Of a stretch of DNA of 64,000 nt, positions 39,688-52,294 are shown in pieces. Location of the stretch: assembly GCA_964016885.1 (NCBI GenBank), contig OZ024752.1, positions 42,594,001 through 42,658,000 of the forward strand, read 5' to 3'. Below the pieces are notes generated by a model that had not been told where the DNA came from, searched no databases, and was given only the letters and a program-made list of their open reading frames with translations. Both the position numbers and the translations under genes were made by a program. Each line of letters starts with the position of its first letter. The first letter of the stretch is position 1. The DNA comes from Eledone cirrhosa. Lineage: Eukaryota.

Positions 39688-39834
39688 CTGAGGGGTGGAG
39701 CGTAGATCTTCCACAACATATCCTGAGTTTGAGTTATATTTGATGTAGTCCCCTTCAATGAAATGTTCAAGATGATAGAGAGGTTTTCCCTCTCGTTCAT
39801 GAAACTCAAGAACATACATCTGGAAGATGTCCAC
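39688..39834 (-). CDS. EEF2K: eEF2 kinase, coding exon 4
   Basis: VDIFQMYVLEFHEREGKPLYHLEHFIEGDYIKYNSNSGYVVEDLRSTPQ (KYNSNSG alpha-kinase motif); CAG|GTGAG donor. Confidence 0.96.
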
Positions 39835-40359
39835 CTACAAAATATTAAAAGGTTTTTCAAGCAAATGTCAAAAATATACTCTTATTAGTTTTAGTTATTA
39901 GACTGCTGCCATGCTGGGATAGTTCCTTCATTTAGTTGATTCAAAAAGTACTGGAGTCGATATTGGTCACTAAATTATGAGACATAAACAGATAATCATA
40001 CAAATATATACAAGGGTTTCTGCAGTTTCTGCCTACCAAATTCTGCTCACAAGGCATTGGTCAAGATTTTATCTCCTAGGAGGTTTCTTGGTTGTTTTAA
40101 TGATAGGGGCTCCAGTCTTATGTTGATGTCACAGCTCACATCTATGTAGATTTAAATGACGTTTTATGAGGTTGTATATCATAGATTTCTTGATAAGGGG
40201 CCCCAGTCATAGCATGAAAAGCAATGCAGAGCAAAATGTCTTGCTCAAGAACACATAACCTTATGACTGAAAGCCCAACACTCTAACCACTAAACCTTGA
40301 ATTGGTTGTTGGAAGATGGCTGTATAGAAACAGCATGAGTAGTCTAATTAGACAGCAAT

Positions 40360-40613
40360 AAAGATGAGTTGGTATGGACATATGATGCGCATGGAGGATG
40401 ACCGCTGGATAAAGAAGTGCCAAGAAATCCCAGTGGAAGGAAGAACATGAAAAACATGGGCAGAAGTGATGAGAGCTGATCTCAGATCGCTGAAGCTCAT
40501 GGAGGAGATGACGAAGGACCTTGACAAGTGGAGAGATACTGTGCTTAATAGGACCCGTCCCACCCTTGCAAGCAGGGAAAAGCGGACGTAAAATGAAGAT
40601 GATGATGATGATG
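40360..40613 (+). mobile_element. RTE LINE 3' fragment (same family as 4772-5432)
   Basis: WYGHMMRMEDDRWIKKC..., tail CCCACCCTTGCAAGCAGGGAAAAGCGGACGTAAAATGA(TGA)n. Confidence 0.82.
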
Positions 40614-40643
40614 AGTTATGTGAAAAGAAAAAGTTTTTGTTAC

Positions 40644-40815
40644 CTTTTTGGGAGGATTATGCCTGTTATATTCCTCTCCCCATAGTTTAGCATCCATCTG
40701 TAACTTGACATCTTCAAAATAGACACTTCTTTCCACTTCTTCCAAATAACTCTTTGCTACATAGTTCTGGGCATGTTTCCAGTCATCATTATGCGTAAAA
40801 CTGGACAGCTTCTTA
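40644..40815 (-). CDS. EEF2K: eEF2 kinase, coding exon 3
   Basis: KKLSSFTHNDDWKHAQNYVAKSYLEEVERSVYFEDVKLQMDAKLWGEEYNRHNPPKK, includes the ATP-binding YVAK lysine; GT-AG boundaries in phase. Confidence 0.95.
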
Positions 40816-41140
40816 CTACAAAAATAACCAAATTATAACAGAGTTTTAGAGTTTGCTTGAAGCATTGTTCAATAGGAAATATAACTTTAAATAATTTTGA
40901 AAACCATACAATGCACTAGAAAATTAAAAGTGCTAAGATAACAATGGAATCTTACTTCAGCAAATTTAATAATCCCATAATGAAGGGAGTATCTCTTAAT
41001 GTCTTAAACAAACATGATGGAGATTGAGACTAATCAGGGAGGAGATGTGTATGTGTGTGTGTGTATGGGGGGGGGGGGGTCCATTATGATTAACTAGACC
41101 CTTGAAGATGGTGCCTCAGTTTGGCTTCAGTCAAAATGAC

Positions 41141-41399
41141 TTAACCCTTTAGCATTTACATTACTCTATATTTACTATTGTGGAAGATGATGATGATGAT
41201 TTTTGTGGTAAAAGCTTTATCTTACATAATTATCTCACATAATATTGAATCTATGAGATTTTGATATTATTTATTTTGAGAATAATACCTTAACATAAGT
41301 ATGAGAGGCCAGTCAGTTACAGCTGGTTTCAACAGAAAGAGGTGAGAGAATTCTGGCCGGATATGGCGGATATAACCGGTTTAAATGCTAAAGGGTTAA
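41141..41399 (+). mobile_element. TTAA MITE, unit-length copy (EEF2K intron)
   Basis: TTAACCCTTTAGCATTT ... AAATGCTAAAGGGTTAA. Confidence 0.85.
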
Positions 41400-41492
41400 A
41401 CCGGTATAAGAATCTCTCTGAATAGCTAAGGAAAAAATAAATCTATATATATATATAATATAAGATCAAAAGATGGTTAAAGGAGTTCCATG

Positions 41493-41563
41493 TATTTTAT
41501 TATGCGCATTTCAAAAACAAACATCATCATGCAATAATATTTGTGTTTTCATCAGATAAAACA
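41493..41563 (-). ncRNA. Hammerhead ribozyme motif, left arm (sense to the EEF2K pre-mRNA)
   Basis: Reverse complement of 41680-41750. Confidence 0.8.
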
Positions 41564-41679
41564 GGAGAACATGATATGAAGGCTAAAAAACACTTGTGGA
41601 TAGTGCAGTTTTAAATCAACATATATCTGCATAACTGCACTATCCACAAGTGTTTTTTAGCCTTCATATCATGTTCTCC

Positions 41680-41750
41680 TGTTTTATCTGATGAAAACAC
41701 AAATATTATTGCATGATGATGTTTGTTTTTGAAATGCGCATAATAAAATA
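41680..41750 (+). ncRNA. Hammerhead ribozyme motif, right arm of the intronic palindrome
   Basis: TGTTTTAT-CTGATGA (41688)-AAACACAAATATTAT..ATGATGTTTGTTTTT-GAAA-TGCGCA-TA-ATAAAATA; same family as 7779. Confidence 0.82.
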
Positions 41751-41871
41751 CATGGAACTCCTTTAACCATCTTTTGATCTTATATTATGTATACTCCAGT
41801 CCTACAAACTGTAGAGTGCTTCTTATCCGATATCTGCATTGCTTTATTGTACTACAATAAAACTCACCTCC

Positions 41872-41913
<42 letters not shown>

Positions 41914-42310
41914 CGATAATCTCCGTCCGTGTGTCTGTATGCGGGCAACAATGCATTTCCAGTTTCCATCCGATTTTGTTCAAATTTGATACTCAGGTTA
42001 TATTTTATTTACCTCCCAGAACATATCAACAAATAGTTTAAATGTTGCTTTTCTCTAAAATAGCAGAGTTCGGGGGGGGGGGGGGGGGGCTATTTAAAGA
42101 CGGTCATGATGATTAGAGAAAGAGGCAAGGGCGCGGGGGGACGGGGGGTTATTTACAGTGGCAAACGGTGCGCTCAGCAACAATAGGCTCTTTTAAGAGT
42201 AAATAAACTACAGCTGTTACTTGCAGTTGAGGATTTTAGAGAGAGAGAGAGAGAGTAAAAGAGAGAGAGAGAGAGAGAGTAAGAGAGAGGATAAGGGGAA
42301 GTATACTCAC

Positions 42311-42348
42311 AGTCGGAAACACTGTCTCATGGCACCCCGATTGAATGG
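42311..42348 (-). CDS. EEF2K: eEF2 kinase, coding exon 2 (38 nt)
   Basis: ttttgaag|CCA..., encodes PFNRGAMRQCFR(L), the alpha-kinase subdomain I GAMR motif; CT|GTGAGT donor. Too short for the ORF track. Confidence 0.93.
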
Positions 42349-42600
42349 CTTCAAAATAAATCAATAAATGTTAACTGGTTAATTATTTAATTAATTACCA
42401 GACTGACAAAACATTACAACAGATGGCAACAGATCTTACTGAAGTCAATCACTACACAACACATGACCCAACCATCTCATTCCATTTCTCTTCACAACAT
42501 TCATCACAGGCTCTATTCCTCTCACCCAGTCACTTTCACCCTTCTTCAATAACACCCCCTCAAGCATAATGTTTGCAAAAGATTTAACCTCCAAATTTAC

Positions 42601-42993
42601 CTTTTTATCAATTTTCACCTGGACGATATCATCTGACCATTTATTCTTCAAAGCATTGTAGCGGTATCTGATGACATTCTCAACTTCAAGATCTTCCAGA
42701 TGGAATTTAGCCCAAGGATCGGCAATGTTCTTGATCTTTTGGAAGGCAGTAAACCAGTGACGCTGGGCATTAGTCAGGTGTCTTTCAGGTGCTGCTTTTT
42801 TATTCAGGTAATTAAGGTTAAGAGTGCCATTAGCTTTAGACAACCTTCGTTGGCGCAATGACATAAGAGCTTTAGGACGATCATCCTTGATCTTTCGGTG
42901 AACGATGTTGCAGTTTTCACTGTCCGACTCAGAATCGGACACGTCAGTTATTGGAAAGAGGAAGAAATTGCTTTCGCTCTCGTACAACGGCAT
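42601..42993 (-). CDS. EEF2K: eEF2 kinase, first coding exon (exon likely begins at acceptor 43172 with 5'UTR)
   Basis: MPLYESES...HWFTAFQKIKNIADPWAKFHLEDLEVENVIRYRYNALKNKWSDDIVQVKIDKK matches the calmodulin-binding helix and DPWAEFHLED block of eEF2K; AAG|GTAAAT donor; ttttctatttgacag acceptor at 43173. Confidence 0.93.
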
Positions 42994-43038
42994 CTTGGCA
43001 GCAAGGGGATTCTTTGATGATCTTCTCTTTGATGTAAT

Positions 43039-43062
43039 TTATAAACGAAGACTCAAAGACAT
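43039..43062 (-). promoter_or_regulatory. uORF2 (MSLSLRL*) in the EEF2K 5'UTR
   Basis: ATG TCT TTG AGT CTT CGT TTA TAA, ending 45 nt upstream of the main ATG, same frame. Confidence 0.5.
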
Positions 43063-43068
43063 ACTAGC

Positions 43069-43167
43069 TCAAAGCACTATAAGATAGAGCCACTTATACA
43101 ATCTGGGTAGAGGTTTACAGGTCATATGATGGTTGGAGTTAGTAAACTTGCAACTGTAGGCTATCAT
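43069..43167 (-). promoter_or_regulatory. uORF1 (32 aa) in the EEF2K 5'UTR
   Basis: ATG ATA GCC...GTG CTT TGA (MIAYSCKFTNSNHHMTCKPLPRLYKWLYLIVL*), same frame as the main ATG. Confidence 0.55.
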
Positions 43168-45074
43168 AGAGACTGTCAAATAGAAAATAAAATATAAATT
43201 AGTTGGGTTTTTTTTTTTTGTCTGTTGGTTTTTAATCAAAAGTAAAATAAAATTAAATTTTACAATTAAAAGCTGGTTGGAATGGCGAAAATTAATCTCA
43301 AGAAACTACATAGCATAAAGTAGAAGTTAAAAGAAACAAGTAGAGGGATTCTGTATTAGAGAGGACTCATCTAACCCCATGCAAGCATGGAGAAAACAGG
43401 CATAAAAACAATATCTCTCTCTCGTTAACCTAGTCAGTAGGCCCCCCCTTAACCAAAAATACACCTTAACCCACTACCCCTACTCCATCCTCCCACTCCC
43501 ACCAACACCACCCTTCCTCTGTAAAGTTATGTTGGTACCACAACATCCAGTCCAAACTAAAGAGGTCTTGTAGTTGTCATGACAAAAAAGCACCAAGTCC
43601 ATGCTGTAAAGTGGTCGTGTAGGAGACATGGTAAAAAGCCTCCCAGTCCACACTGTAAATGTAGTTGGTGTTAGGAAAGGCATCCAGCCGTAGAAAACCT
43701 GCCACATACAGTCCTATACAAGCGAGACAGTCACCCGATCAATCTTGCCTCAAGTGGGACAATTCTCGTCTAACCCATGCTAGCGTAGAAGATAGGTGTT
43801 AAACGATGATGATATTTATGTATATATATATATAATATTTTCTGGAATATACAATGACTGATCAGCCTGATCCGCATATTAGCAGAGAAGCCAGCCAGTT
43901 TTCTATATACAAGCAATTAATGGCTGGCTTTGCTGATATGCAAACCTGGCTGATCAGTCACTGTATATTCCAGTTGACAGGTAAACAGTATACGGTACTG
44001 ATGAGGGGTAATAACCCAGAACCATATATATATATATAATTAGCATTCATACACATGAACACAAAAGTTTGAAGGTAAATCATCTAGATGGTCGTTGAAC
44101 CTGCTAGAAATAACGGCCAAATCACACTGATTACTTTCTTCATTGTTGATATTTTGATAGTTTATGTAAATAAAGCCTTTTATTACCAGAACTAAAGTTA
44201 CAATAACGAAAGTATTAAAAATAATTTTATTAATACAAAGTTGCTTATTTGTGAAATGTCGACATATCTTTGTTTTATCTATCTTTTTTTCCCCAATCCT
44301 CGAGGTAATAAACAAGCGCTTGATCTCGTTATAAAGAATTTTTCGTTACACAATTTTTTTTTTTATACCCCGTGAATTTCGCTATAACGGTATTTCACTG
44401 TAGTTGATATAGATATAACCGGAAAAACAAAATAAAAATAGTACGAAACATTTCTTTCACAATTCTTTTAAATAACTGAGAAATTCTAACTAGTATTAAA
44501 TAATCAAGGGAGACTACTCCAAGAAAGTTGTTTCTTATGCATGACTTCATACACGTGTCGATCTGTACATAATACTCTCGGATCCCAAATAAGAGGGGGG
44601 TGAATTGATAATATTTCTAGGTTGTCTACGTTGGTGTTTTAAAAACCAGAATTAGTCGTTTAGCTTAGATATTGAGACCTCAACCAATCCTATTTAGTTT
44701 ATAGCGTATGAAATTTCTAATAATGATCTTTTTTGTCATGTATAGTGTTTTTCTTTTAATTGAAGAGGCTATTTTGCCGGTAAGATTGTCAAACACCATG
44801 CTTTGCAGCATAGAGTTACGGCCCCTTGCGGTCTGATTTCAAATCCCGCCGAGGTTAGCTTTGCTTTTCATCCTTACGGGGGTCGATAAAATAAAGCACC
44901 AGTAATGCACTGGGATCGATTTAATTGACTTTCCCCCTCTTCCAAAATTGTTGGCCTTGTGCCTAAATCAGAAACCGTGATTATGAAGATAAATAATATT
45001 AAAAACAACAACACAGAACTTTATTTATTTTCACCATTAAGTGTTAAACCCTAAACGCAACCTCCTGCAATATC

Positions 45075-46143
45075 CTTTTGAAGTCGCTGGACCCGTTTTC
45101 TGAGTCATTCCAAAACATCTTTGCAGAAGACGCGATTAACTGTCTGTCGTGGAGGCAAAAACTCTTTGAACATTACCACGGCTGTAGAAAAAATAAATGA
45201 TCATCGTTTTCACCCTGGATTTGCTCATGCGTGCTTTCTTCGGATGAGCATAATTTTTCGTGTACCACCTTTTACTTTGCAGTTGTCTCTATATTGTACT
45301 TGAACACCCATGATTCCCTTCCTGTTATTACTATATCCTATGGATTGGCAGTATCGGTAGAGAGTCGGACGCCATGCTTTCCAGCATAGTTACGTCCCTT
45401 TACGGTCTGAGTTCAAATCCCGTCGAGGTTAACTTTGCCTTTCATCCTTACGGGGTCGATAAAATAAAGTACCAGTAATGTACTGGTTTATTGCTGGCCT
45501 TGTGCCTAAAGTAAAAACAGTTATTACTCTATTCTATAAATTTTGGTCCAATTTCGAATCTGTCTGGTAAATTTACAACCAGTTCGCTTTTCGCTCAACA
45601 AACAAGTGTCTGGGCACCAATTTCTTTTGCATGTGCAAATGGTGTTAAAATTCTGTGAACTACATTTTTTATCCAAGCCCGTTTCTCCTGCAATCATCCT
45701 AACACTTAATCGGCGATCTTTTGCCATCGCCGCTCTCACCACTTACATTCTTTGTCCATTTGTTGATGAGATTGGCTTTCCACAAAGTGGTTCGCTTCAA
45801 CATTTATCCGGCCCCCCTTTGAAAGTTTTATACTACTTAAAACCCCACTCCTCCATAGAATAGCATCTCCATAAGATTGTGTTAAAGAATTAAATGTTTC
45901 GGTGGCAGATTTGTTGAGTTTCAACAAAATTTGATCGCGTACCGTTGTTCGATATTTTCCCCGCATAGCAAACGTAATACATGTTATAAACACGTCTGTA
46001 CACAAACAGCAATAACTCACGACTGACTCAATCGATCATGTTGAAACATGTATGTACGCAGTCAAAGTCATAACCAACACGTCTATATATATATAGGCGT
46101 ACATAGGAAAATCAGTACCCTTACTTTAGGGACAAACCTAGTA
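45075..46143 (-). mobile_element. Decayed mariner transposon interrupted by a SINE
   Basis: Mariner-like left end TACTAGGTTTGTCCCTAAAGTAAGG; frameshifted transposase fragments KLNKSATETFNSLTQSYGD, DRRLSVRMIAGETGLDK and PKKARMSKSRVKTMIIYFF..RQTVN. Confidence 0.85.
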
Positions 46144-46570
46144 TATGGGGAGAGAGAGAGGGGTGTCAGGATTTTACCAATTTTAAATTAATAAAACCAT
46201 TATTTAGCAGAGTACTCGATACTTGGAATAGTAGAGTGTAGTTATATTAGATCGAGCCGGGGCCCGGCGGCTGAGCTCTTGTCGTTTCAACAGCTAATCC
46301 CAAACGGCAAGAACTCAACTGTCGGGTCCCGATTCTCTCTAATATATATATATATATAATAAAGCACATGAATCAAATTACAACTAGATTTGTTTTGAGA
46401 AATGGTATTTTGATATCTTCGCCTCTATCTCTCTCTTTCACACAAGTGTTGACAAGTTTGTCAGCAGTAGAAACAACTTCCTGAAGCTACCTACCTATTA
46501 CTGTCTATATCAGACAATTATATCTATCTATGTAACTATTTACCTACCTACCTAAAAACAATGATATATA

Positions 46571-46619
<49 letters not shown>

Positions 46620-46825
46620 GCAGAGGGTTGGACGCCATGCTTTAAGCATAGTTACGTCCCTTTACAGTCTGAGTTCAAATCTCGCCGAGGTTAACTTTGC
46701 CTTTCATCCTTACGGGGTCGATAAAATAAAGTACCAGTAATGTACTGGGTAATTGCTGCCTTTGTGCCTAAAAGTAGAAAAAATTATATATATATATCGG
46801 TGCCCCAGCATGGCCTCTCTGTATG

Positions 46826-46866
<41 letters not shown>

Positions 46867-48404
46867 AAAGGCAAAGGTCACAACTCTATACGTCAAAGCA
46901 TGGCGTCCGACGCTCTACCGATACTGCCAATCCACCGCAGAAACCAAGAAGCGATTATAGCATCAGTATGTTTATTCACACGTGAAGCAGTACCTGGAGC
47001 TGATATGTAAATAAACAATAATGTTATATTCATATTTCGTATTAGCAAATATAGACAATGTTCAGCCACAGGCCTGATACAGCCGAGCTGACAACAGCAT
47101 ACTACTCATGGTCAATCAGGCGGCCTTAGTAGTTAGTACAGGTAAAATTCCGTTATAACGAAAACCACTAGAACGAATTTTTTCCAATCCCCGACCATAT
47201 GCTCGATGTGTTAGGGCGATCGTTATATATATTAAAAAAAAATTTTTTTTTTTTCATTACAACGAATCTTTTTTTATATCTCGTGAATTTCGTCATAACG
47301 GAATTTCACTAGTAGATTATTAACACACTGCTTCTTAGGGATACTACACCGGCATTGAGTGCTTAAATTAGTAAGCCAATAGTAACTAAACGTGTATGTG
47401 TGTAACATTCTTCCAATTTAAAACAGAGACCAAAACAACAACGAAAATGTTTATATCAAGAAACAAGTGATAAATAAAAAGTTAACAACTTTTGTGTTTT
47501 ATTAAAATGGCTAAAGTGACATTTCCACGCAGTAATTGCTTTAATTTCAAACGATTTTCTTTTCTTCTTTGGTTAAAAAAAAAAAAATGAATGCGGCGTT
47601 TTCTAAAGCAACATATACGTTTGGTATAATTGTGTCATCATTTGCTGGCTACACATTTCTCCAAGTGACTTTATTTAATTAAAAATATTGTCATATAGCA
47701 ACAATTATTGCCAAAGCAATAAATGTGAGCACCGACTTGTTTACGAGGATGAATTGCTTTCCTCTCCTCTCACCACACTATATAAAACAGAAATATATTA
47801 TGAAAAAGCTGTCTCAGTTCGTATAAAGATTATAAAATATTCGAATAAGTCGGGTAAAATGTACCCTTGGAGACTGCATCTGTCAATCTTTTCTCCATCA
47901 GCAAGGGTACATCACATACGCAAATCTATTTTAAATTTCCAAATTTCTTCATTATACATATGGGGCTGACGGTCGAAGAAACAACACCATGCGTTCGGCC
48001 GGCCGACTGTATCATGAAAATAAAATATTTTTCGGCGAAATTATTCGATTTTTCAAAATTTAAAGGTTTATTAGGAACTTTCAATGTTTATTTTAGGTTT
48101 TGCCGTCTGAAGAGCTCACGCTATCTAAATTAACTGAATATGGCCCCCGATCTTTTATTTGTATATCTATCTCTATATACACACACACATTATATAAATA
48201 TATATATATATAATATCAACGTGTGTATGTGGATAAGATGTTAGTTAGTAATTGAGACAATTAAGGCAATTATTCAGCTTAACACTCCATACTTCAAGTA
48301 GAGTAAACGGAAGAAATTAAAACAACGTCTGATGTTAATTCCCATTTTAAGATCAAAACAATTTAAGCTTGATCGTACCACATATAACACCCACATAATA
48401 AATA

Positions 48405-48537
48405 TATAAAGTTTAAGCAAAGAATCGCTGCTTTCAGCCTTAACGGGATCTTGAGTTTCAGAAGATCCCGTTAAGAGTGAAAGCAACGATTCTTTGCTTA
48501 AACTTTAATCTGTTATTTTAATAAATATTTGCTCTAC

Positions 48538-48577
<40 letters not shown>

Positions 48578-48630
48578 CATTATCGAGCCCTATTCGGATT
48601 TTAGTCTTCACATTTTATTATTACTATATA
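48405..48630 (+). repeat. Fold-back (TA)n-associated family (also 8280-8420, 21085-21245, 32026-32262, 52486-52540)
   Basis: AAAGTTTAAGCAAAGAAT.. / ..ATTCTTTGCTTAAACTTT inverted arms around CAGAAGATCCCGTTAAGRGTGAAAGC. Confidence 0.7.
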
Positions 48631-49234
48631 TATATATATTAATAAAGGATAAACAGGATTTAAATTAAACCATTCAATTAAAATAACAGGAATATTAATT
48701 CCCGGAATCTATTAAATAACAGATATTTATCAACACATGTCCATAAGAGAATCACAGAAGTCCGAAAATGTAAACAAATTCAACGAAGTGTAGTTCCTAG
48801 CTTTAAAAACACTAACAAGCAAAGTGTTGTTGAAAGTGATAATTAGATCTTAGTTTATTTAACCCGCACTCATCGCAAGTTTTATTACTTCTGTTCCATT
48901 TTAAATTCCTATACTATCATCAAATTAATAGACTCTACTTAAAGATTATAATTTATACTAAATTTAAATTGAGGCGATTGTCCAAAAATATGTTTAACAA
49001 ATATATCTGTCACACTGCCAGTTACAAGCTGTCTAGTTTGTACTTTGTTTTGATTTTAAAGACAGCAGTGAAAAATAAACGACGATGATTATGTATGCCT
49101 TAGCCACACACGTGGAAGCTGTGGTGTTCATATTTTCCTCGATGACAAACTTAACTATGCTTTGTCTTGTATTTTTGTTTTGATTTTTAAAAACGAGAGA
49201 GAAACAATACAATTTCACAAAAAATAAAAAAACG

Positions 49235-49273
<39 letters not shown>

Positions 49274-49918
49274 CTTTATGCCTTCGTCATAAGAAGCTGT
49301 CGTGTTCAAACTGTCTTGTGCCATGCACTTATAATGCATGCTTAAAATAAATAAATAAATAAGTGATGATGTAACTAAATATTTATGCTTGAGTCACATA
49401 TGTAGAAGCTGTGGATTTCATACCTTCCTCAATCGATAAACTCTACACGACCAAGAATCTATTGAGCAAACAAACAATTATGCCAGTCTTGGTAACTTGG
49501 TCTGGTATAATTTGTTTTGCTTTTAACAGACTGGAGGAAAATTACTGAATTGATATTACATATAACTTCGCCACACGCCAAGGTGAAGTTGAGATATTGA
49601 TGCATCCTTTAAACGATAAACCTTCAAGAAAACTGCTGGTTGCAAGATGTGACCAAAAATCTGCTGAATAAACAAACAATCACACCAAACTAAGCTTGTT
49701 TATTTTAATAGGAGAGAGAAAAAAAATAATGCATCTCCGCTATATTATATATATATATATGATTTAACCACGCGATATGTGGTGTTCGTGCCCTCCTCAA
49801 ACGACAAATCCTTCACAAAGTATTTGCTTGCTATACGTGACCAAAAAGTTAGAGGGAGGTGTATCGTATTATAATGGAATTTGGCAAAAGTTCAGAGTTC
49901 TGCAATAAAAATACTCAC

Positions 49919-50100
49919 CGCTTTACTAGTCTGTAGTAGAAGTAGTAGTAAATGTAGATGTAAACTAAACAGACAACAAACAATCTGGGCGATAATAAAC
50001 AATATATATGATAATACTTGTTCTGACCATATATAGCTAACGGTGAGTGAGTGAGTTAGCTGCTGATGACGACTGGGCGGTGTGAGATAATTACAACACA
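49919..50100 (-). other. Putative non-coding first exon / promoter region of EEF2K
   Basis: Strong donor GCG|GTGAGTAT at 49918, non-repetitive and CpG-containing sequence, CACGTG E-box at about 50103, located upstream of the 43172 acceptor. The 5' boundary is a guess. Confidence 0.45.
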
Positions 50101-51801
50101 CGCACGTGCTCGACAAATCAATATGCAAATATATACACTTTCCTATACAAATAGTGTGCGGTGTGTGTTGGACCTCAGTCGCTGATGACGATGTGTATTC
50201 CAGTTGTTTCACCAAACTAAACAGCCTGCTCGTGGAAAATAAACACGCAAATAGCTCGACATTCCACAAACGTGTTCCTTAACGTAGTTTTTTAAGGGAG
50301 TTTCAAACTAGTTTCAAAACATGCTTGCATTTCGATGGGGTTTTGCTACCCATCATACACATGCGTAGGCATTCAAAATGTAATTCTTAGGGAGATGTCA
50401 CAAATAAAGGTTCACCCCATTCTATATTATAGAAGTGGCTAAGCTTTCCACAGACACATATGCACCCTTAACGTAGTTCTCGTGGAGATTCAGAGTACAG
50501 TGTGTGACAAGACTTGCCTTTTGAATTAAAGGTACAGCTCGTTTCTCTGTGAGCTGGAGCAACATGAAATAAAGTGCCTTGTTCCAGGACACAAGGCTCT
50601 GTCAGAAATCGAATCCACGACCTTGCAATTGTGTCGAAACTCTAACCACTAAACCACACGCCTTCACATACTAATAATACAGAAAATAAACAAGCAATCT
50701 GAATAATAATTGTTTCTACTTTTTGGCACAAGGTCAGCAATTACTCCAGTGCATTACTTGTGTTTTATTTTATTGACCTCGTAACTATGAAAGCATAGCA
50801 TCCGACCCTCTACCGATACTGCCAATTAAATCGACACCAGTGCATTACTGGTACTTTATTTTATCGACCCCGTAAAGATAATAATAATATCATATCTAGC
50901 CTCAAATCGAAGTATCAGTAAAATACAAAAAAAAAACAGAAAAAGTTTACTATCTAGCTATCTATTTTGTTTGCTTTGGTTATTTGATTACGATCGGCCA
51001 TGCTGGCGTACCACTTAAAAAAGATTGTTAATCATGTACTGATTGTCAACCCCAGTACTGTTTCGTGATATAAACAAACAGTAAACGTAAATACACACAC
51101 ATGCATCCTCCATAAGTGATATATCTTTTTGAAATTTGTTTTATACGTGGACCTATCGATGCATATATTGATAAGGATTCAAATCTTATAGATTAAATTA
51201 TGATTTTGTCCTCTGAAACAATTGTAAATAAATAAATACTGTTTCAAGATTTTGGTTGTATTATCTCCTACTATAATATCCTCCTGGGAAACGCCTTCTC
51301 CATTCTGTCCGCCGGGACTGTGGGGAGGCCAGCGCGTGGGACCCCATTTACTCACCATACGGAGAGACGAGGCGGGCGAGAGAGATGCAGGTGATGACAG
51401 TGGGAGTTCGGCTCTTCCATTTTCGGACCATATCCTTGTGGTTTTGTTCATTAAGCAGTTAATGAGTCTGTTTATGTATCGACTCGATAGTGTACATTGT
51501 GTATATATTAAATGAAGTTCCTGTTTATATGTATATATTAATTCAATATATGACACTATTTATTTGATTAGAAATATCTAATTACTTTTATACCGACAGT
51601 CCACAGCGAAATGTTTATTACGGAGTTTTATATATATATATTTAAGAGTTAAACAAGGTTCAATGAATACATTAAAGAATGAGTTTATGTTATCTCATGT
51701 TCTCAATATTAGGGTATAAATATTGAGTTTTGTCATAAGTTAATCACTACCTTGATTGAATCTTAACCATCTACTATGTCAGGGTATGTCATGTATCATT
51801 T

Positions 51802-51868
51802 TATTTTATCTGATGAGGACGTACTGTTGAAGTTAACTCAGTACCTCTGAAATATGTATAATAAAATA
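51802..51868 (+). ncRNA. Hammerhead ribozyme motif
   Basis: TATTTTAT-CTGATGA-GGACGTACTG..CAGTACCTCT-GAAA-TATGTA-TA-ATAAAATA. Confidence 0.78.
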
Positions 51869-52257
51869 TAATTGATCACAAGAATATCTATTTTGTTAAT
51901 ATTTTGAATTAATATTATATATGATGAAAGCACACCATAATTTAACTTGGTGTCCTTGAAATATGTATAATGAAATAAATATGGTTTTATAAATATAGTT
52001 TCCATTTGTTAATATCATATATATATACAGTATATATATATTTGAGGCCGGTTGACCGGGCTAGAAGCTGCTACATGTTCGGCCGCCCTCCTGTTTCTGC
52101 TTTTCAGTCCCATGGATTTTGTCTATTATATTCCTTTTGTTAAATTTCGAATACCTGATGCCACCGGATTCAAACTGAACCCGGTCACTGAAGTGATCAT
52201 AGTATAATAAACCTTTTAAGGAATTACACCAGTCCAGCCTCCTGTTATTTTATTTTA

Positions 52258-52294
<37 letters not shown>

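Larger units (their letters stand above)
41455..41878 (+). mobile_element. Palindromic hammerhead-bearing element (Penelope-like/retrozyme-type end)
   Basis: About 155-bp inverted arms (41455-41610 / 41633-41788), then an ACTC..GAGTGC tail; flanked by (TA)n; homologous to 7667-7890. Confidence 0.75.
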
